Source of the DNA: Octopus sinensis
Taxonomy: Eukaryota
NCBI RefSeq assembly: GCF_006345805.1
Contig: NC_043001.1
Span: 21,080,001-21,144,000, forward strand
Length of the DNA: 64,000 nucleotides
Direction: 5' to 3'
The notes under the pieces are model-generated. The model was not told where the DNA came from and made no database searches. It saw only the letters and a list, made by a program, of their open reading frames with translations. Below, one piece after another: positions 52,849 through 62,775 of the stretch (position 1 is its first letter; every line of letters starts with the position of its first letter). The translations under genes and the position numbers were made by a program.

Positions 52849-55800
52849 AATACATATACACACACAAAAAAGCAGGGATGGTCAAGGCTGGAACACCTTT
52901 GGTAATAGATCGCATTGAAAGAGTTGACCTTGGACTAAACAATAACAACACTAAACAATTGCTTACACATATTAAACAACAATATGACTTACCTATCAGC
53001 TTCATCTAGAACGAGGATTTCCACAGTATGGAGACTAAAATGTGGAGCATTGTGAAGATGATCAATAAGTCGACCAGGTGTTGCAATCACAATGTCAGGG
53101 CCTTTTCGTAATGCAGCTTCTTGCATTTTTAAGTCCAGACCACCTTGACGGAAAACAAAATAATACAGTATAAACTTTGTTTAACTGAAGATTATATCAC
53201 CACACCCTAACATTCAGAAAAGTTCTTGTGCAACTTTTACTGACATGCTTCGCTACATTGTAATCAAGCAAAAATCACACTGACAATTCCTGTTGAGAAA
53301 ACATTTATACACTTGGTTATTTCCAAATAATCAGCAGTAATTCTTATATCGGGGTAATTAATCTAAATTATGGAATAGAAATTACCTTATTTGAAAGTAG
53401 TTTACACAAACTTTTTACCAACAATTTGATAACATTTTTGGTCTGTAATGAAAAGCATCATCCTTGCTTTCACATTTATAAGACTCTTTTGGGAAGAATT
53501 TAAGCATCACTTGAAGAATAACTAATTTTAAATTACTTATAAAACCTACTGTTTCAAGTTGACAGAATATAGACAACATCAATAAAGTTTAATAAATTAT
53601 AATTGGTTAAAAATCAAACTACTGTATAATGAAATACCTAACATTTAAAAAAAAAAATTATACATAAAAAGATAAACCAGATTTCTGGATTGTATATTCA
53701 TCATCATCATCGTTTAACGTCCGTTTTCCATGCTAGCATGGGTTGGATGGTTCGACTGGGGTCTGGGAAGCCAGGAGACTACACCAGGCTCCAGTCTGAT
53801 CTGGCAGTATTTCTATAGCTGGATGCCCTCCCTAACGCCAACCACTCCATGAGTGTAGTAGGTGCTTTTTACGTGCCACCAGCAGAGGTGCCAGGGGAGG
53901 TTGGCAATGGCCATGATTGGTTGTTGGATTTTACGTGCCACCAACACGGAAGCCAGTCAAGGCGGCACTGGCATTGGCCACATACGGATGGTAAAATATT
54001 AGTTAAAATAATGCTTGACCAACCAATTACCTTTCCAAAATTTGCAAATCTAAATGCAAGATTTTTTTAGCCAGCTGTATGCCAATTATATCTTTTATTT
54101 GTAACATCTACATAAATCTGTTGAAATATCTTCATTACCACCATAAAAGGTTACCATCAATTTATATTTTAGGCTCTGTCATATCTATTTATTTTAAACT
54201 TAATCCTAACAGTATATTATTCACATTTATCAAAATAGATTTTTAAAACTTTAGTTTTGCAAGTTGCATGGCAACCACACTAGTGCTGGGGCCACAAAAA
54301 AAGCACCCAATATATGCTGTAGTGGTTGGCATTAGGATGGGTATCCAGCCATAGAAGCCATGTCAAAACATATATTAGAACACGATGCAGTCACTGGACC
54401 AATCAGATCCTGTCAATCTTTCCAAACTATACCTGCATGGAAGACCTGGCTTCTCACACCTACCCTACAATATCATTTTGGAAGTTAGTAATTACATCAT
54501 TGAAGTCTCAAATCTGCAAAGTGAGGTACGATTAATTTAAAACAATGTGAATAAATATGCATTACATTTGCCTGAGTAATCTGACTGCTAAAGGGTTAGA
54601 TCAGCAGAACTTCACCTAGGTGATAACATCCCATTTGGGACATTGTGGGCTCACAAGGGAATGACATATGTCATGAAGGAGGAATGGGACTGCTGAGTGA
54701 TTAGCGGAAGGTTGTGATTTTCCTAAAAAATAAAATGTTTAAACTATGTACAATAGTAATCATCATCATCATCATCATCGTTTAATGTCCGCTTTCCATG
54801 CTAGTATGGGTTGGACGATTTTGACTGTGGGCTGGCGAACCAGATGGCTGCATCAGGCTCCAGTCTTGATCTGGCAGAGTTTCTACAGCTGGATGCCCTT
54901 CCTAACGCCAACCACTCCGAGAGTGTAGTGGGTGCTTTTTACGTGCCACCGGCACAAGGGCCAGTCAGGCAGTACTGGCAACGACCTCGCTCAAATTTTT
55001 TACATATGCTAATGGCACAGGTGCCAGTAAGGCGATGCTGGTACGATCCCACTCAAATGGTGCCTCCTACATGCCACCGGCATGGAAGGATCACACTCAG
55101 ATGATGCTCTTAGCACCCTACTAGCACGGGGCACAAGTGCCAGTAAGGTGAAGCTGGTAACGATCACACTTGAATGGTGCCTTTTATGTGCCACTGGCAT
55201 GGAAGCTGGTCAGCTGCACTGTCAATGATCACGCTCGTATGGTGCTCGTGCCCGTCATCGAATTTCAGTGCTTGTGCCTCTCCGAAAGAGAGAGAGTAAT
55301 ATTCTGTTGATTAAAATAATCAACAGTTTTTTCCAGCCTTTTGTGGTACAAGATAGAGAGGGAGTTGTAAAACACCCTTCAGTAAAAGGGGATGTTGAGT
55401 TATAAAAGGGTGAAAAACCACTGACCTAAGGATCAGTGGTTTTCAGCCCATAGATTTTATATGCCTTCTTAGGAAACAGGGATACATGTGTGTGTTGATT
55501 GTCAGTGGTTGGAACACTTGAGTATTGGGGTAGTCTGGGAGATAAAGTATTTTCTAGACACAAAAGAGAAACCTTCTGAATCATCTTTGATTATGTGAAA
55601 AAACGTTTTTATACAGCTTGATGTTTATACTACTGTGGAAAAGATGTGTCACTAAATAAAATATTGAATTGCTGGAATATATATTTACAAATGGAAATAT
55701 TTCCTAAAGGTTAAATGATCAACTATAAAAGATATCTCGGTAGATTAAATAAAATGTATTTTGCTGATTGAGGATAGTAAAATCCTAGGGGTTTAGCTTG

Positions 55801-58800
55801 AAATTATATACTTCCAATGACCACTAATCATTATAACAATAATTTTTATAATGTAAATTAATAACAACACTTAATAAAAACAAAACAAAAAAGTTTCCAG
55901 TGAATAATAAGAGATGAAGTAAATCAAGAACAGATCTTTAAATGAAAACATTTTTTTTAACCTACCAGCAGCAATACACATGTCTATATTTGTGAACTGA
56001 GCCAGCTGCCTAGCAACTTGGTGAACTTGAACAGCAAGTTCTCTGGTTGGAAGTAATACTAGCACTCTAGTACACGTAGAATTCTTTGGTTTGTACAAAA
56101 GTCTTTCAATGATGGGCAACATAAAGGCAGCAGTTTTACCTATAAAAATACAGAGATTACTCCAAGATTACAACAGTTAACAGAATTGCTGCACCAAATA
56201 TTTATATCTTCATCTGACATTTATATTTACCTTGACTGTTTCAAATTTATTCAAATTTTGTTATGGTATGAAAGGAAGAAAGAACGAAATAAGATTACAT
56301 TCTTAATAACTTTTTATGCGTTAGTATTGGAGAAAGATCATCATCATCATCATCGTTCAGCATCCGCTTTCCATGCTGGCATGGGTTAGACAGTTCAACT
56401 GGGGTCTGGGAAGCCAGAAGGCTGCACCAGGCCCAGTCTGATCTGGCAATGTTTCTACGGCTGGATGCCCTTCCTAACGCCAACCACTCCGTGAGTGTAG
56501 TGGGTCCTTTTTATGTGCCACTGGCACAGGTGCCAGACGAGGCTGGCAAACGGCCACAATTGGATGGTGCTTTTTACGTGCCACTGGCACGGAGGCAGTC
56601 GGGGCGGCGCTGACTCCTCAAATTCTTTGAGGTTGGTGAGATTAATGATTCTTGTAAAGAAATATCTAGAAAGGTGGGAGTTTCTGAAGACTGATGATCA
56701 GGAGAGGTTAGTGGATAAGATGTGATGAGATGTATGGAATATCAGGGAAAAATCAATCTTACAAATCACCCAACAACATATCTCTCTGTCATTTTTCTGT
56801 TTACTATATAATATATTGTTAATAATATCAGAAAATTCTTCTGAAAGATATATACATGTGTATAGAATAATTGTTGTATTAAAAATATAAATATATGTAA
56901 ATATCTATAAGTATGAATATATAATAAGATGCTTTAATAACTTAATTTGAAACTTTTAAACTGTCATATTTATTATTATATATTCATACTTATACATACT
57001 TACATATATTTTAATATATATTTACAATACAACAATTATTCTATACACATGTGTATATCTTTTGGAAGAATTTTCTGATATTATTAACAATATATTATAC
57101 AGTATATATATAATCGCTCGTATTAAATGTATAAATACTTTAATAGTATTGATACTTTGATACAATAGAGCACTCAATATAAATTTATTATATAATATTT
57201 CAATTGAATATATTTTAACTAAAGATTTATATTTTTCTATTTACTGTATAATTTCTATTCTGCTGCTCTGCACTATCAGACATCCTCTACTCCACCATTC
57301 ACTCCTGGTCCCTATTCCCCGATTCATTGCTATCCACCTCATATCTTGAAGGTCCATCCTGACACTTCATTACCCCTACTTTTTATTACTTTCCAGCTCA
57401 ATCCAATCATTCCCAAATACTTTTCTAAAATGTGAGTAGTCATGTAGCTCCTCAACAACAAGAATTCTGTTCTGATCTGGCCCTTTTTCTTTCATGCTCT
57501 ACCCCTATCTAATTCCCATCTCCCAGCATAAAGTTGCCTATGATCGTGAGGTTGATTCCCGGACTGGGCTGTGCGCTGTGTTCTTGAGCAAGACACTTTA
57601 TTTCACGTTGCTCCAGTTCACTCAGCTATAGAAATGAGTTGCGACGTCACTGGTGCCAAGTTGTATTGGCCTTTGCCTTTCCCTTGGATAACACTGGAGA
57701 CGTGGAGAGGGGAGGCTGGTATGCATGGGCGACTGCTGGTCTTCCATAAGCAACCTTGCCTGGACTTGTGCCTGGGAGGGTAACTTTCTAGGTGCAATCC
57801 CATGGTCATTTATGACCGAAGTGGGATCTCAACTTTTGACTATAGCTCGACATGATGAGAGATAACCTTGGAGTTAAAGAACACTATTCAGACATTATGC
57901 AAATCTTTCTATAATAATATTAATAATAATAATAATAACGGTTTCAAGTTTTGACACAAGGCCAGCAATTTCGAGGGAGTAAGTTGATTATGTTGACCCC
58001 ATGCTCAACTGGTACTATTTTATTGATGCCAAAAAGACAAAATGCAAAGTAGACAGCAGCGGATGAATCAAGAACATAAAGATGGATGACATACTGCTAA
58101 ACATTTTGTCCAGTGTGCTAATGATTCTACCAGCTTGTCACCTTAATGTAATAATAATAATAACAATAATAATAAGTATCTCAACAGGCATGATAGAGCT
58201 GCACAATATATTCACTGGGTAATTTGCAAAAGCCTGGACTTGCCCCATGATAAAAACTGGTGGGAACACAAACCACCTCCAGTGCTTGAAAATGATCGCA
58301 TCTCACTCCTCTGGAACTTCACCATTCAAACTGACAGAAAGATAGATGTGAATAGGCCAGACATCATACTGAAAGACTTCAGACAAAAATCATGCCTCCT
58401 CATTGATATGACTGTCTCAATCGATATAAGCGTATCTGTCAAGACCTACCAAAAACTGAGCAAGTATAAAGATCTTGAAATAGAAATTAGCAAAATGTGG
58501 AACCTGAAGACTAAAACAATACCTGTTGTCATAGGTGCCCTGGGAATGATAGCAAAAGGAGTTGATTGCTACCTAGCTCAGATACCAGTAAACCCCAAAA
58601 TGGCGGAAATTCAAATGATAGTTCCCATGGGAACTGTCCATATCCTACGTAAAATACTTTCTATGTAATTTCAAGTTTTAAAACAAACACATAATCTTAT
58701 GGTTTCTTAAACATTCTCTAGAACAATACTATGTACAAAACCAAATATATGGCACCCTAGGCATAACACCAACATGAACTTCCAACTTGTTGTCTCTTGA

Positions 58801-61800
58801 GGTCTCTGGGTGAGACTTGGAGCCAACTTGTACAAATGTAAAGCAAAAGTCAAACATAAAATAATAATAAAACTCAGACAAGGGGAAAGGTTCACTTCCA
58901 AGAAAGAGGGAAACAAGTTTTACAATCACAGGTGTAAGAAGCAAAGAGGTTTGAGAGATTTATTCATAAAATCGACACCAAATGCTAGTTTATAATTAAA
59001 TATATCTTCAATAAATGCTGTACAAAGTGTTGAAAGTAGAAAAGTAACAGAAGACATACCAGATCCAGTAACAGCACATGCACAGATGTCTCTACCCAAC
59101 AATGCAACTGGTATCGTAGCAGCTTGAATTGGCATAGGTTTGTCAAACTTCATGGAAGCTAAGGCCTAAATGAAAACCAAAAGATTTATTAACATCAGAT
59201 TTAACAATAAATCTAATCACGTAAGTTTTGATTTATGAAAGTTTTTTTTTTTTTTTACAAGTTAAAAAGATATTTGGTTTGCAAGATTCTTTATATGAGT
59301 TCGTGTGTTGAAGCATATTCTGTTGTGTCTGGAGAGAGTCATTTTCTTTTGGTACCTTATAATTTAACACACTCACTGGCAAAATATCCACTTATTTCTT
59401 TTTTTATTTTTCTAAAATTTTCATTGCGTCTTGCAACCTTTTCAATAGTTTTGACTCTCAAAACTATTGAAAAGGTGAGTGTGTTAAATTATAAAGCACC
59501 AAAAGAGACTGACTCTCCCCAGAAACAACAGAATTTAAAAAGATAGTTAAGTGGATAAGAATATATTTAAGAACAGGAACATGAAAATGTCAAAGTATGT
59601 TCAGTCATGCATTAAAAGAGAAATGAGGTTATCATAACTAATATTATGCTTATAAATATTATATATTAATATTGCAACCAATATCTATTGCATTGGCAAG
59701 TGAGTAGACAACTTTGGATGTGTTTCACTTTGAGGCTTTTCAGTTGATAAATACTCTCTAATTTATAGAATAATTATTGATGAAATTATTAAGTAAATAC
59801 AACTAAAATGCATGGTTACGTTGGTGTTAACAAATTTAATGCTGAATGCATGAAAAAGCCAGCAAAAAGAAGAAACTGAAATTATGCAATGAAATAAAAA
59901 CAATATTAACCATTTACTAATATTATTTTGAATAAACACAGGAGACAATTTTGATCATATTTGACTTTATAAGACCTCCTTTGCTGAAGTAACGAGGAGA
60001 AAATCACTAAATGAATGTATAATAATGCATACTTGTATGGTATAAAGAAGTAGAAATATTCGATGAAGTAATCTCTCTTAGACATTATCTGCATGAAAAA
60101 TAAAACAATAGCTAAGTTATTATTAAATTTAAAGGTGGCGAGCTGGCAGAAACGTTAGCACGCTGGGCGAAATGCTCAGTGCACAGAGGTATTTCGTCTG
60201 CCGTGTTGAAATTCTGCTGAGGTCAACTTGGCCTTTCATCCTTTCGGGGTCAATTAAATAAGTACCAGTTGCGCACTGAGGTCGATATAATTGACTTAAT
60301 CCATTTGTCCTCTCTGTGTTTAGCCCCTTGTGGGTAGTAAAGAAATAGGTATTTCATCTGTCTTTACATTCTGAGTTCAAATTCCGTTGAGGTCGACTTT
60401 GCCTTTCATCCTTTCAGGGTCAATAAATTAAGTACCAGTTGTGTACTGTGGTCGATCTAATCGATTGCCCCCTTCCCCCAAAATTACAGGCCTTGTACCT
60501 AGAGTAGAAAAGATTCTTAATATATTTAATACTGGGTGTATTTAAAAGCCAACTAGATTAAACTCTTTTCATTTGTAGCTCTTGATCACCGGTTCTCAAC
60601 CGGGTTCCACATAAGACTTTGCTGTTAAAATTTATAAGCAATGAATTGCTTATACTTCTACAACACACAAAATATTTTAATATAATAGAATTGTTCTTAA
60701 ACACTGAATGGCTGTGAAGGTCCAGCAGAGTAAAATAGAAATCAAAAGGATCCATAGGGATCCACTGGTCTAGAATGAGAAAACATTTAGTTTAAAATGG
60801 TTTTATCTTCAGACTTACCTTCATGACCGGTCTTGAAAGATTCATTTGTTGAAATGTGATATCTTTATCATAAAAATCAATATCTTCTTCAAACTTAATC
60901 TTATTTTCCTACAGAAATGAAAAACATAACATCTATATTATAATGATTGAAGAGTGAATATTTCTATTAACATTATGAAGATGGGAGGGAGAGAATACAA
61001 TATCATATTGTTATTAAGAATTGCTCTCTGGTTGGACAAGATTTGCACTGGGTTCTGATATCACAAGCAATCTCGTGGTTAGACTCTTCATTATTCATTA
61101 TTTTATCAGTTATATAGTCAGTTTTATCATCATCATCATCATTTAACGTCTGCTTTCCATGCTAGCATGGATTGGATGATATGACTGAGGACTAGCAAAC
61201 TAGATGGCTGCACCAGGCCCCAATCTGATCTGGCAGAGTTTCTACAGCTGGATGCCCTTCCTAATGCCAACCACTCCAAGAGTTTAGTGGGCGCTTTTAT
61301 GTGCCACCTGCACGAGGGCCAGTCTGACAGTACTAGCAATGGCCACGCTCAAATAGTATTTTTTACGTGCCACCTGCACAGGAGTCAGTCCAGCAGCACT
61401 GGCAACGACCTCACTCGAATGTTTTGTTCACGTGCCACTGGCACAAGTGGCAGTAAGACGATGCTGGTAACGATCACACTCAAATGGTGCCACCAGCACG
61501 GAAGCCAGACAGCTCTGGCAGTGATCCCGCTCGGATGGAGCTGTTAGCGCTCCACTGGCACAGGTGCAAGTCATTGAATTTGGTTCAATTTCGATTTCAC
61601 TTGCCCCAACAGGTCTTCGCAAGCAGAGTTTAGTATGCAATGAAGGAAGGTTGGCATGGGTGACAGTTGTCGAATTTGGTTCGATTTCGATTTATGAAAA
61701 TATCAAATGCTATTTAATGAAAAGAACATTTTACAACTGTTTTTAACGTTTGGTTAAAAAGTAAAAATAATTAAAAACAACGATGGTAATAAATTAGTCA

Positions 61801-62775
61801 ATAAAAGCTAACTATGAAGATATTATAGTGGTAACACTGAAATATTACGTCACAAATGCGAATCGGTTAAAAATGACTCTTTTCATGACAACTTCACATT
61901 TGTATTATTCAGCGATGCTCACTTGGTTTAGTGAGACAGTGACAAGTACACAGTCATACGTGTTTGCTGTGTGAACCACCACCATATATTTTAGTCAGAA
62001 CAATAAAAAGAATGTAATTATCAAGGAAGACCATGCAGTTTAATAGTTCTTTCATAAAATACAGTTATTTACATCATCACCATTTAACGTCCGCTTTCCA
62101 TGCTAGCATGGGTTGGACGATTTTGACTGAGGACTGGCGACCCAGATGGCCGCACCAGGCTCCAATCTTGATTTGGCAGAGTTTCTACAGCTGGATGCCC
62201 TTCCTAACGCCAACCACTCCGAGAGTGTAGTGGGTGCTTCTTACGTGCGGGCCAGTCAGGCGGTACTGGCAATGACCTCGCTCGAATCCTTTTACACATG
62301 CCCCCAGCACAGGTGCCGGTAAGGTGACTTTGGTAACGATCACGCGTGAATGGTGCCCTTTTACGTGCCAGTAAGGCGATGCTGGTAACGATCACACTCG
62401 AATGGTGCCCTTTAAGTGCCACTGGCACAGAAGCCAGTTAGCCGCTCTGTCAATGATCACGCTCATATGGTGCTCTTTGCACCCTGCTAGCACAGACGCC
62501 AGTCATCGAATTTGATTGATTTGATTCCACTTGCATGAAAAGATATTTTCATTGCAAGTTTATACTGACTCTTGTTTGGCAATATTTTAGCAGTAACCTA
62601 TGAAATGTAAAATAATTTTTCAAAAATCAAGTAAAATTATGATTAAAGTGTTGTTGTCACTCATTAAAATGTTGAACTTTATATTTTGAAATTAAACTTA
62701 AGAAAATCAATATCTCGCTTACATCTTCAATTTTCTTTTTAGGCTTCTTTCTTCTACCTTTGTCTCTGATTATAT
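27854..62775 (-). CDS. DDX27: DEAD-box RNA helicase DDX27/Drs1, gene span of 16 exons; N-terminal exons are outside the window
   Basis: Sixteen GT-AG exons join in frame (1799 nt). They give the Q motif, AVTGSGKT, PTRELA, TPGRL, DEAD, SAT, LHG, ARGLD and [10 protein letters not shown], plus DDX27-specific [18 protein letters not shown] and [11 protein letters not shown]. Confidence 0.95.
28636..28744 (-). CDS. DDX27: DDX27 exon (KGKAKKK...[18 protein letters not shown])
   Basis: tag|...|gtaagg, 109 nt. Confidence 0.92.
28829..29314. mobile_element. Head-to-head inverted pair of a tRNA-headed, hammerhead-containing short element
   Basis: Arms 28858-29076 and 29088-29314; tRNA-like A/B boxes at 29088-29143; flanking direct repeat CATACAGCA at 28820-28828 and 29317-29325. 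Confidence 0.8.
29221..29265 (+). ncRNA. Minimal type I hammerhead ribozyme-like motif (Penelope-type), somewhat degenerate
   Basis: GACAC CTGATGA A-AGCTG gagggtatat CAGCT GAAA TATT GTGC; the mirror copy on the minus strand (~28903-28949) reads GACAC CCGATGA GAGCTG..CAGCT GAAACGTT. Confidence 0.7.
30405..30799 (-). mobile_element. Probable non-autonomous Helitron
   Basis: Minus strand begins A|TCTATAAAGC and ends GCACGGGTCAAAATAGCTAG|T; the subterminal hairpin is degraded. Confidence 0.45.
32614..32728 (-). CDS. DDX27: DDX27 exon ([13 protein letters not shown]...[14 protein letters not shown])
   Basis: cag|...|gtaagt, 115 nt. Confidence 0.9.
32828..33135. mobile_element. TTAA-flanked piggyBac-type MITE (family P3)
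   Basis: TTAA-CCCCTTACCC ... GGGTAAGGGG-TTAA. Confidence 0.75.
35129..35293. mobile_element. Fold-back element in (TA)n with perfect 45-bp arms
   Basis: 35129-35173 vs 35183-35227 exact inverted repeat with loop ACTCAGAGA; the tail is homologous to 12631-12700. Confidence 0.8.
36100..36197 (-). CDS. DDX27: DDX27 exon (NSRLSKL...KKQTPVS)
   Basis: cag|...|gtaagt, 98 nt; open frame bridging the flanking exons, divergent sequence. Confidence 0.75.
37970..38164 (-). CDS. DDX27: DDX27 exon ([12 protein letters not shown]...[12 protein letters not shown])
   Basis: cag|...|gtttgt, 195 nt; this donor was chosen because it keeps the frame with the next exon. Confidence 0.88.
39789..39978. repeat. 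Fold-back inverted repeat with ~89-bp arms
   Basis: 39789-39877 vs 39890-39978. Confidence 0.75.
40224..40318 (-). CDS. DDX27: DDX27 exon ([10 protein letters not shown]...VKARVVPQ)
   Basis: cag|...|gtaaaa, 95 nt. Confidence 0.93.
43712..43794 (-). CDS. DDX27: DDX27 exon (VINLTMP...[13 protein letters not shown])
   Basis: tag|...|gtacga, 83 nt; motif VI. Confidence 0.95.
43924..44200 (+). mobile_element. tRNA-derived SINE family D
   Basis: Head GGAGGTGCAATGGCCCAGTGGTTAGGGC...GGTTTCGATT, A-rich tail; copies at 63381-63560 (+) and ~39340-39597 (-). Confidence 0.75.
44463..44561 (-). CDS. DDX27: DDX27 exon (RLEALKKF...[11 protein letters not shown])
   Basis: aag|...|gtaagt, 99 nt; motif V. 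Confidence 0.95.
45743..46351. mobile_element. hAT (Charlie-like) MITE interrupted by a family B SINE
   Basis: TIR CAGTGTTTCTTAACC / GGTTGAGAATCAGTG; imperfect 8-bp TSD CCCTAAAA / CCCTAGAG. Confidence 0.65.
46500..46636 (-). CDS. DDX27: DDX27 exon (LVSRIF...[10 protein letters not shown]...LHGNLSQAQ)
   Basis: cag|...|gtaaaa, 137 nt. Confidence 0.95.
46870..47566 (+). mobile_element. 5'-truncated CR1/L2-group LINE 3' end
   Basis: [54 protein letters not shown], then a 3' UTR and (ATT)n tail. Confidence 0.9.
48812..48953 (-). CDS. DDX27: DDX27 exon (VKDLATVSL...LRQEFIRIR...AIVT)
   Basis: cag|...|gtaaaa, 142 nt. Confidence 0.95.
49552..50005 (+). mobile_element. TA-flanked Tc1/mariner (pogo/Tigger-like) MITE, copy 1
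   Basis: TA|CCGTAAATCCTC ... GAGGATTTAAGG|TA. Confidence 0.75.
50394..50900 (-). mobile_element. Same MITE, copy 2, inverted relative to copy 1
   Basis: TA|CTGTAAATCCTC ... GGATTTACGG|TA; the body is the reverse complement of copy 1. Confidence 0.75.
51018..51117 (-). CDS. DDX27: DDX27 exon (MLDDFF...FSATMTDE)
   Basis: aag|...|gtaaaa, 100 nt; SAT motif. Confidence 0.95.
51609..52153 (-). mobile_element. Internally deleted Tc1 element with a transposase DDE remnant
   Basis: TA-flanked TIR CAGGGGTTGGACAAAATAATGGAAACACC; remnants [14 protein letters not shown] and WPPQSPDL. Confidence 0.88.
52591..52785. repeat. AT-rich fold-back centred on AAAACGTTTT
   Basis: Inverted arms of ~95 bp, flanked by (CA)n and (TA)n. 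Confidence 0.7.
52993..53143 (-). CDS. DDX27: DDX27 exon (GLDLKMQ...TPGRL...LDEAD)
   Basis: aag|...|gtaagt, 151 nt; DEAD box. Confidence 0.95.
55966..56139 (-). CDS. DDX27: DDX27 exon (GKTAAF...PTRELAVQ...CIAA)
   Basis: tag|...|gtaggt, 174 nt. Confidence 0.95.
56802..57252. mobile_element. AT-rich fold-back element with ~125-bp arms and a tail
   Basis: 56802-56927 vs 56971-57104; near-identical 22-bp direct repeats at 56791-56812 and 57231-57252 (possible TSD). Confidence 0.65.
58176..58870 (+). mobile_element. 5'-truncated R4/Dong-like non-LTR retrotransposon (restriction-like endonuclease domain)
   Basis: [34 protein letters not shown] and VVIGALG; flanked on both sides by (TAA)n. Confidence 0.85.
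59060..59165 (-). CDS. DDX27: DDX27 exon ([14 protein letters not shown]...CAVTGS)
   Basis: tag|...|gtatgt, 106 nt; Q motif and start of motif I. Confidence 0.95.
59270..59534. mobile_element. Fold-back element with a deleted second arm; same family as ~52190-52400
   Basis: Hairpin 59436-59454/59458-59476; 59477-59534 is the reverse complement of ~59317-59373. Confidence 0.7.
60131..60515 (+). mobile_element. SINE family A, dimeric form with a distinct 3' tail
   Basis: Two tandem units, the second ending ...GGCCTTGTACCTAGAGTAGAAAAGATT; other family A copies at 19145-19470, 24680-24909, 25271-25506, 26077-26550, 29643-29856, 41007-41234, 42429-42657 and 63909-64000. Confidence 0.8.
60819..60908 (-). 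CDS. DDX27: DDX27 exon (ENKIKFEED...[12 protein letters not shown])
   Basis: tag|...|gtaagt, 90 nt. Confidence 0.92.
61845..61985 (-). ncRNA. Candidate intronic H/ACA-like snoRNA
   Basis: Two hairpins (61911-61983 and 61852-61903) separated by an ANANNA hinge (ATAATA); stems close with G-U pairs on the minus strand; the tail reads ACG rather than ACA. Confidence 0.35.
62723..62775 (-). CDS. DDX27: DDX27 exon ([18 protein letters not shown])
   Basis: cag|...|gtaagc, 53 nt; basic segment preceding the Q-motif region, in phase with the next exon. Confidence 0.75.
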
